Assembly (NCBI GenBank): GCA_001643675.2
Contig: LSRY02000012.1
Coordinates: forward strand, 1,426,001 to 1,490,000
Reading direction: 5' to 3'
Source: Monocercomonoides exilis PA203
Taxonomy: Eukaryota > Protista > Preaxostyla
DNA length: 64,000 nucleotides
Shown here: positions 1 through 17,100 of the stretch, one piece after another
How the letters are laid out: each line of letters opens with the position of its first letter
Numbering within the stretch: the stretch's first letter is position 1
The notes under the pieces: model-generated
What the model was told of the DNA's origin: nothing
Databases searched by the model: none
What the model saw: only the letters and a program-made list of their open reading frames with translations
Made by a program: the position numbers and the translations under genes

Positions 1-89
1 GATCTGATTTTCAGATCAATTAATATTTTGTGACTTTTCAAAAAAAAATACCCATATGTTGATGATGTAATTATTAAATGATAGATTCT

Positions 90-222
90 TTTTCTCAGCA
101 GCTAATTTATGCAAGATTTTGATCTTATCCAACATAATTCGGAATGTTTCATGAACTCATATTTTCCTGACGAATTATGTTGGATAAGATCAAAATCTTG
201 CATTATTCAGCTGCTGAGAAAA
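90..222. repeat. Short inverted repeat/hairpin: 52-bp arms (90-141 / 171-222), 29-bp loop
   Basis: ATGCAAGATTTTGATCTTATCCAACATAATTCG (109-141) is the exact reverse complement of 171-203. Outer TTTTCTCAGCAGCT (90-103) pairs with 209-222 after a 5-nt imperfect patch. Confidence 0.9.
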
Positions 223-347
223 GGCTTCTGTATATTTATTAGAGAAGTGTCATTTTTTTAAGAAGAAACAGAATATCTCTTTAATAAGAACAAGAATTGA
301 CATCTTCTTCGTTTTTTGGTAAAATAAAACTTTTTGGACGATTCACA

Positions 348-1151
348 ATTTATTATTCAAATTTGGTAAACTTATTATTCGAAATTGGTCAACTAATTAT
401 TCGAAATAGTTAAACTTCTTATTCAAAATTAATAAAATTCAGTATTTTTTATAAAAAAAATTTTTGATATAATATGATCACTGGTTGAGAGTCAGAAAGT
501 GATTAAAATGTTTTGTTTTTTCATTGTTCTTAAAAAGGATGAAAAATTGAACCCCAATTTTTATTATTTGTGAATAAATATGAAATTTTTTGATTTTTCA
601 GACATAAATCATCATCATGGAAATCGGATAATTTTCAAACGAATAAACCTCACATTGTTTGATAACACTTCATTCAATCAAACTGTATTATTTGTATCAA
701 TTTTTCAAACTGGAAACAAGAATGTTTTATTCGTGAATAAATCCATGAATGCACATTTTGAATTCTTCATCAGTTTTTATTGATCTTCTGAATATATTTA
801 AATATAAATAAAACATTTTGATTGAATGAAGTGTTATCAAACAATGTGAGGTTTATTCGTTTGAAAATTATCCGATTTCCATGATGATGATTTATGTCTG
901 AAAAATCAAAAAATTTCATATTTATTCACAAATAATAAAAATTGGGGTTCAATTTTTCATCCTTTTTAAGAACAATGAAAAAACAAAACATTTTAATCAC
1001 TTTCTGACTCTCAACCAGTGATCATATTATATCAAAAATTTTTTTTATAAAAAATACTGAATTTTATTAATTTTGAATAAGAAGTTTAACTATTTCGAAT
1101 AATTAGTTGACCAATTTCGAATAATAAGTTTACCAAATTTGAATAATAAAT
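348..1151. repeat. Long perfect inverted repeat (fold-back): 335-bp arms (348-682 / 817-1151), 134-bp unique spacer
   Basis: Read base by base, the arms are reverse complements (paired coordinates sum to 1499). The outer end of each arm has four degenerate 22-bp tandem units (350-437 and its mirror). Confidence 0.95.
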
Positions 1152-1218
1152 GGTGTATTTTTATTTTCCCTTTGAAAGTGATCACTTGTCGGATGTTTTC
1201 TTAAATATTAATTTTGCG

Positions 1219-1278
<60 letters not shown>

Positions 1279-1283
1279 TTTTT
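1219..1283. repeat. Poly(A) tract (~56 nt) followed by T9
   Basis: Homopolymer visible directly at 1219-1274, then T9. Confidence 0.9.
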
Positions 1284-1639
1284 CACATGATAGAGAATAA
1301 AGATTTTTTTAATCTGAAGAAGATTAATTATGATATTGAAAAATGTTCATTTTGACTGCTAATTTTTTATTTTATATGCAAAAATTACTATTTTGAATTA
1401 TTTTTGGTGTATTAAATTGAAAGCAATTCGAAAGATAGATTAATTTATGTGAATTGAAGAGAAAAGCCACGCAAAGTTAGATTTCAATTATAACAGGAAA
1501 AAGCAAAGAAAAATTAAAAAACTATTTTTCGTATTATCAAATTTCACTATAATTTCACCAGCTTCTGAACAAAAAATCGGAATATCACACTTCTTTTTTT
1601 TATCAATTATTTAGATAAAAAATTTTCATACTCTGTTTC

Positions 1640-4600
1640 TTAAAATTCATTAAGAAATAGATTAATAATGTTTCTTCGTGCAACAAATCGCCCCTTCTGA
1701 TACTCAGACACATAAGGGCTCCGAAGCAAGCGAGTGATTCTCTCTCTTTCATTCTTCAAGAATGTGAAATCAAGCGGAGGAAGTTTCAAAAAGTCATTGT
1801 CCACATCCTCGTCTTCAAGATCTTCTTCGTTTTCTGTCTCATCGTCAATGCCTTCTGCTTCGCCCGATCTCTTCCTGCGTATCTCCTCTCTCCTCTTTTG
1901 CCTCAGTTTCTCAAGCTCCACTTCACACAGATTGACAACATAAGTATATTCCTCAACTTCCGTTTTGTGTTCCAATTCTTTCACATGATCCATCAGCTCG
2001 CGCAAGGCATCGCTGTGCAAAACAGGAATTCCTACTTCTTCTTCCTTCTTCTTATCGTCTTCATCCTCATCTTCATCATCCTCATCCTCATCCTCTTCGT
2101 CCTCCTCGTCTTCTTCGTCCTTCTCTTCCTCTGCAACATTCTTCTCAAACTGAACTCCGTCTTCTGGTTCCTCTTCCTCCACTTTTGGTTCTTCGTGTGG
2201 GTTGATAAACACTTTCTCGCTCCTCAAAACAGCAGTGTACCTCTGAACAGGATCAAACAGATGCTCCAAAATCACTGCTTCCACACCAGCATCTTCAGCC
2301 AAGCCACACAAACACATTCCCTTCTTTCTCATTTGCTTGTATTTTTTCATAAACTTTCCTTGATAATCATTAACAGATTCTTTGCTTCCGCGTTTTCCCT
2401 TGGTGCTGGTTACGTTTGCCTCTTTTTTCAGCTCGTCTTCCAACTCCCACATCTCTTTTTCTGTGATGCCATCAACACATTCTCTGTTGCATCGTTCGAG
2501 CCTTTCTTGCTCTTTCATTACAAACTCGTCCTCAATCATCTGCATTCCTGGGCTCTTCCGCTCCAAGTCTGCCATGACTTTCTTCTTTTTGTCTGCATCT
2601 TCCTTCGTCTTCGGCTCGCTCTCCTTGAATTTGAAGAATCTGCTCAAAATCTTTTTTATCCCTTTCCCGTTTCCTTCAAGCTCTGCCTTCTGCATCTCCA
2701 TAAAGTCGTAGTGCTGCTTCAGATATTTTTCTGTTCTCCTTTGCTCTCTTTCCTTCACGCTGCTCATTTTGAATCGCGGATCGCTCGGAATCTTATCCTT
2801 CCTGTTGCTCGACGCAAAGCGGTCATCAGGGAATGCTCGCTGAGGTCGGAACAATCCAACTTTCAAGTTCATCCAGTTCAAAAACCCTCTCACTGTCCTT
2901 CGGCCATAGTATTTCTCCACTTCGTTGTATCTCTCCAACAAGATGTCCTTTTTGTCTTCTTTCGAAATCTTCGCTTTTCCTCCCTTTCCGCTTTCTGCCT
3001 GTGCTTTGGCTTCTTTCTCTCTGCGCTCCTTCTCCTTCTCAACACTCCGGACAACACTCTCATCCACAAGGCCAATACCTTTGTGTCTGATAGACGAACT
3101 CGACTCAATCTCTGGCAGCGCCCGGCGGAAGCGCTTGTACTCAGGAGAATACAAATCCTGCAGCTTGGCAATCCTCCTTTTGATGGCAGCACGCTCGTCC
3201 CGTCGCTTTTGCAGCGAGCGAATTCTGATTCTGCGCAGTCTGCGCTCTTCAATTGCTTTTGCACGAGCAGCTTGTTCGATCTCCTCCAGTGTCATTTTCT
3301 TTCGTCTCCTGATTCGCTTTTGTGGTTGCTTCTCTCCTTCTTCTGTTGTGCCTTCAGTGCTGTTTGCGCTTGTTCCATTTTGTGCAGTTCCTGCTTTTGA
3401 TTTTTTTTCAGCATCTTCTGCTGGCTTCACCTCTTCCTCTTTGTCTTCTTCTTCATATTCTCCTTCATCATCATCGTTCTCTTCACTGATTTCAGACTCC
3501 TCTTCGATTTCTTTTCCTTCTTTCTTCATTTTTTCTTTCAATTTCTCTCTTTTTATCTTCTTCCATCGCTGCTCTTGTCTTTTGTTTTCTTGCTCCACCA
3601 TCTTCGCCTCCTTTTTGGCATCCCATTCTTCATCAGTTTCATCGCCTTCTTCTTCGCTTCCTTCTTCTTCCTCAAGAAGAAGTGTTTCATCTTCTCTATT
3701 TTCCTTGTAATTAATTTCCTTTAATCTCTGCTTCTCTTTCTCATATATTTCATCATCTTCTATTCCTTCTTCATCATCCTCATTGTCTTCATAATTGCCA
3801 CTGCTCAAATCATCTTCTTCATCATCTTCATATAACCACGCCCATTCGTCCTTTCCTTCTTTTCGAGAACGTTGTTTCATCCTTTCAATTCTCTGCTCAA
3901 AAGCCAAATCCATTTCATGAAGAGTTGTAATATTATAAATTGATGGAAAATAAAGAATTGTTGGATATCCGTTTGGATGATATTTTCCGCAATAAGTATT
4001 GTACTTTTCTCCATCGATGTATGCAAAAATAACATGATCCGAAGGATCGAAAGAAGCAGCAGCAGCCATCATGGATGATTTAAGATTGTGGCAGTAAGTA
4101 CACCATTCAGCAGTCATAACTAATAAAACATTTTGAAATGGATCCATGATAGTTTCAGTGAGATTCTTATCTGTTAAGTAACGAAATGAAGAAAGAGGAG
4201 GTCGATAAGTTAATCCATGAACTGTTCCGATGAAATTTGCTATTGCCGTTTCTGTTCGATCCTCAGAAAAAAGAGTAAAGTTTGATGGATCTTTTGCATG
4301 ATATTTGAATGTTGGATATTGAGCGACAGGACCATTTCGGCAGGTTTCAAAATATCTGGTGCAATCAAGTTCTGCAAAAGTTAAATTGTGGCGAAACTGT
4401 TTATAATCATTTGCCATTTTGTTCCAAACAGGTCCCATTGCAACGGATGTGTAGTCAGAATGCGACCAGCTGTTAATAAGTTCAATTATTTATAAATATA
4501 AACATAAAGCGAAAAAACAAACTATCTGATGATAATGTTTCCCTTTGCAACGTAATCATTGTAATTCTGTTTTGTTAGTTTTACAACCAAATCTTCATAT

Positions 4601-4641
4601 TGGGCATATACCCCAATTACTAAGGAAAAAAAAAGCAACAT
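1640..4641 (-). CDS. Protein disulfide isomerase, PDI-D/ERp38-like (Trx-Trx-ERp29C) with large charged insertions; exon 1 4641-4523, intron 4522-4470, exon 2 4469-1640
   Basis: Signal peptide MLLFFSLVIGVYAQ. First Trx fold lacks CxxC (RYWSHSDYTSVAMGPVW...AELDC...YPTFKY). Second Trx has AEWCTYCHNL...GYPTILYFP...KYYGRRTVRGFLNWMN. C-terminal FLKNERERITRLL...RRNIINLF resembles the ERp29 D-domain. Ends LNEF. Confidence 0.8.
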
Positions 4642-4826
4642 AATTAATCTGATCTCAATTACCAATATAGATATATTTTCACATAAACTTGAGAATAAGT
4701 CTTGAAAGCAACTCCGTGAAAGTCAAACTTATGTGTGATGAAAATTTGGAAAACTTGCAAAAAATATTATAGAAAAAAATAATAAATAATTTTAAAAGTA
4801 AACTTTTCATAAACAATTAAAATTGC

Positions 4827-11157
<6,331 letters not shown>

Positions 11158-11648
11158 ATTTTATTAGATTTCAGTTTATCTTGTTTGAATCCTCTTACAC
11201 TGTTTATGCTCCATTGCTTTTGAGATTTTTGTTTTCGACATTTTTTATCCTCCGCAAAGTTATGCTCAAATGTGATTGTTAGAAGAAGATTATTTTATTT
11301 GGCGTTTATCAAAAAAACAACAAAATTACATAAAGACGAATGAATAACATCTAATATTAATGCATTAAACCACAAAACATAATAACTGCAATAAAAGACT
11401 GGTTAATGATGAAAAAAAAGTAATAAACTGTTAATCTTTCAAAATTGATAAATGTGATTCAACATGGTTCGTTCTGATGAAATTGTGCCAAAGTTAATGA
11501 TGAATATATTTTTGCTAATAAAGTTGTACTTATAACAATAACTCAAAGCACAAAGCACAAAACTGTCATATCCATTTTGAAAAGGAGGAAAAAAAATATA
11601 CACCACAACATAACTAACTATCTGAAACAGCACTCACATCTCTTCCTT

Positions 11649-13909
11649 TCAGTGTTGCTGAACCAAGTTCTGCTGGTCATCACCTTCTTCTCCGTCTTCT
11701 TCGATTGGTATCTCATCCAGTTCATCTTGCTGTCTGTTCCTTCTGGTTGCACATAGCGAGCATGCGCACATGACAATCATCAACAGCAGAAACAGCCCAA
11801 CCACAATGTATACCACAATCATCATCACATTCACTGGCACCGCTGCTTTGAACTGGTTGAGCGTCACCCGTACACTCGAAGTCGTCGGCTGTGTCGTGTT
11901 GATGACTTGCTGCATTGCCAGGAAGAACAATCCCTCTGAGGGCGTCACATACAGAAGCTCTTCAGCATCAGCCCCGCCGCCAATGATCATCGCATTCTCC
12001 ACAAACTTCCCGTTCCGCATTCCTTCCTTGTCCTCCTTCAGCGTCGTGTTGAAATAGAATCGGAAATTAATGCCCCGCGTCGCTGCGTCTGCACCACTGG
12101 GAATCACTCGCTTGTCTTCTGCAATCAGATTGGCCTTTCCACCTGGAGCTCCCACAGACAGCACAGTTGCTGCGCTGTCAAACGAAAGCGACTCGCCAAA
12201 GCGGCAGTGGATCTCCTTTTCGCAGCCAGCGCTTGGCTTCAGCGCATAGTTGTCGCATTCCACAGGAGCAGAGGAAAGGAGATGAAAAGGCATTTTAGGA
12301 GAATTGTGAGAAGAAGAAGAAGACTGAGATTCTGCAGTAGAAGATGGTTGTTGATGATTGGGCGTTGTGAATGTTGAAGATTGAGCTTGATATGATTCTG
12401 TGGAAGAAGAATGCAACTGTTGATTGAAAGAATCTTCGTTTGTGGTTGGAGGGCATTTCATTGAATTCAACAGCACATAAACTAATCCTTCGCCTTCGTT
12501 CATTCGCGGTGCACCAACAAAAACAGACTGTCCATCAAGTGTGCTAATTGTAGAAACACCAAACTGGCCTGCGACAAGTGCATCTGGTGCGATTGCTGAC
12601 AGTCTATGTGATGTGGGAGGAATATTTTGATTGTCTGACTTGTGGAACTTCAAATGAGATGGCTTGGCTTGATATGGAGAAGAGGATGATGAGATGATAT
12701 TGCTTCCGATTCCATTTGAAAGAGTCGAGAATTCAGTTCCCGAAAAGTCTAAAGACGATGCCACGTTGTCCTTTACAGTCAGATATTGGACGGCACACAG
12801 CAAAGATGGAGCAGAGAAAGAAGCGGATGATTTGTGAAATGTATTTTCTTTGCGAAGTGAAGCTTGTGATGTGTGTTGAGTCTGCACTTCAGACGAGTAC
12901 TGAGGTTGAAGTGATTTTGGATCCATCATCAGAAGAGCAACGACAGGCGAAGCATATCCACCAACAACAAGCCCCAATGAATTTCCACTGACGCTTGCTC
13001 CGAATCGCGTAGACTGAGCACCATCGTACTTCAATATTACATCCAAAGAATGGCTTGTGTCAGCTAATAAAATGTAAAACCAACAAATAAAAAAACCAAA
13101 ATAATATAATTTGAAAATTCATTAACAACGCAAATAAAAATGTAGCATACAATCACGAATGTTATACACATGCACTGCCCCGACAACATTTCTCGCATTG
13201 GACATGAAAGTTGTTCCATCGTTTTCTGCAGGGGAGCCAATTCCAAGTATTCCATTAAATGTGCAAAACACGCTTGTTCCAAACATTGCATGTGGGTAAT
13301 TATATTGTCTAGTTAATGTTGTTTCTAAAATCATTTGGTACGAAAATGATTAAAATTCATTTGAAAAAAATAAGTTAGAAAACTTCCAGTAACTTCATCA
13401 AATGTATATACAAATACATATGACATTGTCGCATCTTCAGTGAGAGCTTCTGCTAAGCCTCTTGTTGAGTTGACATCGCATTTTCTTGTTGAACCAGTAA
13501 TTCCAGATGGAGCACTAATAACAACGATACGCGAATTAAGAGCTTCAGAAAAACAGGCATGAACGCTAAATCCAAATGACGTACATGCAACATTATCTGG
13601 AGGAACAATTGTTGTTGCGTAATTAAAGCTAGGCTGCTCCTCTTGATAATAATAAAGATGAACACATCCTTTTCCATTATTACTCCCATCTTCAAATATT
13701 AATAAAAATAAAACTATTAATTGAACAAGTTATTAACTAATGTCAGGCATACGATCACTAACAGCAATCCAATAATAAGATAAGAACTGTAGATTATCCC
13801 CAAATGAAACACTTGGAAAGTCAGCTGGTGGAGAAATATTCCATGTTACAGTCTCGCTAAAAACATTCATTATGACAAATAATAGAATTTCCATGCATAT
13901 ACTTAACAT
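11649..13909 (-). CDS. Type I membrane protein with FG-GAP (integrin-alpha-like beta-propeller) repeats; several 5' introns; start at 13909 or 13894
   Basis: Hydrophobic N-terminus MEILLFVIMNVFS. Repeats: AMFGTSV..LGIGSP..GAVHVY; RFGASVS..LVVGG; QFGVSTIS.DGQSVFVGAP..GEGLVYV; RFGESLSF....LSVGAPG. One TM segment VMMIVVYIVVGLFLLLMIVMC, then an acidic cytoplasmic tail. Confidence 0.72.
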
Positions 13910-14147
13910 ATTTTTTGTTAGAAAATGAAGAATTTGTCAAAATGAAAAGATAAAACAAAATTATGAGTGATTTTGATCATTTGTAATGATAACACCCTTC
14001 AATGAACTGTAAAGAGAAAGAAAGCCCACAAATAAATACAAGTTATCGTTGTGAAGAGTAATAATTTAATTAAGAATCCAGAATACTTATATACAATAGG
14101 ATGTTAAGAGGATTATAAATATATAAATTTGTATTACATATCACTAA

Positions 14148-17100
14148 TTAAATCTGAACGATTTTGAAAAGAAGAGTGTTGACGAGCACTTTGTTGCCAG
14201 TCTTCACAAACACGCCCATCACTTTCCCGTCAAACGGCGCCTCCAGCATCACGTCCATCTTCATTGCTGTGATCTTCCCAATCACCTGCCCTTTCTTCAC
14301 CGCATCTCCAACTGCCACCTTCACCTCGCTCACAATCCCTGGCATCGGCGCTGCAAACTGTGTCTTGTCCTTCAAGTCTGCTTTTGTCCCCACAACAGCT
14401 GCCTCCAACTTTGCCTCTGTCTTCACCACAAACTCCACCCCGTTCACTTTGATGATCACCTTCCGTGTGGAGTCTGCATCGATCGGCGAGATGCGCTTCA
14501 GCTCCACATTCAGCTCAATCGTCTCTCCACTCTTCACATCACTCTCTGTTGATGAGGATGAGGATGAGGATGAAGCAGATGATGATGAAGGTGCCAATGA
14601 AAGAGCAGCCTTCAGATCCTCGTCGATTCTCTCTGCCGGCAGACGGATGACTGCCTGCTGCCCAACCTCCATCCCGTAGAAGAACAGCGGCGTCGGCACA
14701 AACGTCGCCATCGTCCCGAACTGCTCCACAAACTTCAGATACCCCTCAAACACAGGCGGGTACATGATGTGCGAGATCACGTCCCTGTCCGTCGGCTCTC
14801 TCTTCAGCCGCTCCCGCAGCATCTCCCGAAGCTTCCCAAAGTCGATCGGCGGCAGCGCCTCTTCTGCCCCGCGCACCTTCTCTCCTTTCAGCACTCGCTC
14901 TCTCAGCGCCAGGAACTCCGGCGACAGCTTGTACGGCTCCTTCCAGTGGTGCGGATACCCCAGATTCCCCTTGAACAGCCCCTTCACAGACTCCGGGTAC
15001 GTGATGTCGATCTTCCCCTCCATCACGTCCTTCGTCGTCAGCCCCTTCCCCAGCAGGAACAGCGCCAGGTCCCCCACACATTTCGACGACGGAGTCACTT
15101 TGATCAGATTCCCCAGCATCTTGTTGCAGTCTCTGTACATGTCGAGTGCTTGATCCCACTTGTCCCAGATGTTCAGCGCCTTGCTCTGCGACAGCAGGTT
15201 CGTGTACTGCCCCCCGGGGATCTCGTGCTCATACACACGCGCAGTCGACGCCAGCTGCCCGCTCTCCAGATGCCGGTAATACGACCGCACCACTCCGAAG
15301 TAGCTCGCCAGCGGCTCAACCGCTCGGAACGGGATCAGCGCTGGCCGTGGCGACCGCTCTGTCGCTGCCAGAAACGCATTCAGTGACGGCTGCGACGTCA
15401 GGTCAGACATCGACGACACTGCCAGGTCGACGATCTCGCACCCGTGCTGCGCCATCATCAGGCACGTCGCCAGCGCATTCCCCGACGTGTTGTGCGTGTG
15501 GAAGTGCACCGGCAGGCTCGTCGCACCCCGCAGCGTCTTCATAAACGCCTCCGCATTCTGCGGCTTCAGCAGCCCCGCCATGTCTTTGATCCCCAGGATG
15601 TGTGCCCCGATCCCCTCAATCGACTTCGCCAGCGACGCATAGTACTCCAGCGTGTACACCTTCTCCTTCGGATCATTGAAGTCCCCCGTGTAGCAGATGC
15701 ACACCTCTGCAATCTTGTTCGCCTTGATCACCGCACGCGTCGCCGACTTCATCTTCTCCACGTCGTTGAAGCAGTCGAAGATCCGGAACACATCGATCCC
15801 TGCCTCCGCTGCCACCCGGCAGAACTCCTCCACCGCGTTGTCGGGGTAGTTCGTGTAGCCCACCACGTTGCTCCCTCTCAGCAGCGCCTGGAAGCACACA
15901 TTCGGAATCCGCTTCCGCAGCTCCCGCACTCTTTCCCACGGGTCTTCCTTCAGAAACCGCAGCGCCACGTCGAACGTCGCCCCGCCCCACATCTCCAGCG
16001 AGAACGCGTTGTTCATCACTTTGCTCATCTCCTCTGCTGCCCCCACCATGTCGCTTGTCCGCATCCGCGTGGCCAGCAGCGACTGATGCGCATCTCTCAG
16101 TGTGGTGTCTGTGATCAGCACACGCTTCTCCCGGTGCGCCATAATCCACTCCTTCACTGCGCCCGGCCCCTTCGCATCCAGAATCGCCTTCGCATTCTCC
16201 TTCGTCAGCGCCTTCTGCTCTGCTGTGAGTGTCTCGTTGTATTCTGCCAGCGCCGCCGTCGACTTCTCGCACGGCAGCACAGGCAGCTTCTGGAACGCCA
16301 CCGACTGCCCTGTCTTGAACTGCGACTGAGGCGCATTCATAATCAGGTCGCACAAATACTTCACAAACTTCGGCGCTTCCAGCGATGCTTTGCGCGCAGG
16401 ACGCTCAACCGCTGGCTTTCCTGCCTCTTCCTCCTTCAGCTGCGCAATCACTGCCGGGTCCACCTTCAGAAACGGCCCCATCTTCCGGAAGCGATTGTAG
16501 CGGTGCTCCACAAGCTCATTCTGGCTCATCCCATCGTACTTCTCCAGCTCTGTCCACAGCCACGCCACCAGACGCTTCTTCAGCTGCGGATATTCCTCGT
16601 ATGTCTCTCTCGCCCTGCCCAGATCCTCCTCTTCCCAGATGATCCCGTCGATCGCCCCTTTCTCCAGCAGCTGGTCTGCGTAGATCTGCTGCACCTTCGC
16701 CAGCTCCGCCACATCCTTCGGGAACTGCTCTGCTTTGTGCGCCTCGTCCTTGTACCGCCCCAGAATCGACGCTGCCCCTTCAGGCGAGATCGCCCCGTAC
16801 CACGCAGACGAGCACATCGCCACGCTGTTCCCCATCCCCAGCCCAAGCGCCCCGCCGCTCCCGCCTTCGCCCAGCACACACGTCAGCAGAGGCACCTTCA
16901 GCGATGACATCCGCTGCAGATTCGACGCAATCGCCTCGCTCTGCCCGTCTGTCTCTGCTGAGAACGACGGCTCTGCCCCGACTGTGTCCACCAGCGTCAC
17001 ACACGGCAGCCCAAACTCCTCCGCCAGGTCAAACAGCCGCCGCGCTGTTCGGTAGCCGTGTGGCGTGGCCATCCCATACCCCATCGACGCAAACTCTCCT

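Noticed and set aside
350-437. 22-bp repeats as a CRISPR array
   Set aside because: Head-to-tail degenerate units with no spacers.
1898-3400. 500-aa + strand ORF (and 2925-3710)
   Set aside because: Antisense shadow of the Glu/Lys-rich PDI exon; F/L/S-rich with no domain.
11649-13909. Bona fide integrin alpha
   Set aside because: Too short for the leg domains and lacks the GFFKR motif; only FG-GAP similarity is supported.
15444-16907. 487-aa + strand ORF and other overlapping ORFs
   Set aside because: Antisense shadows caused by GC-rich codon usage of the transcarboxylase.
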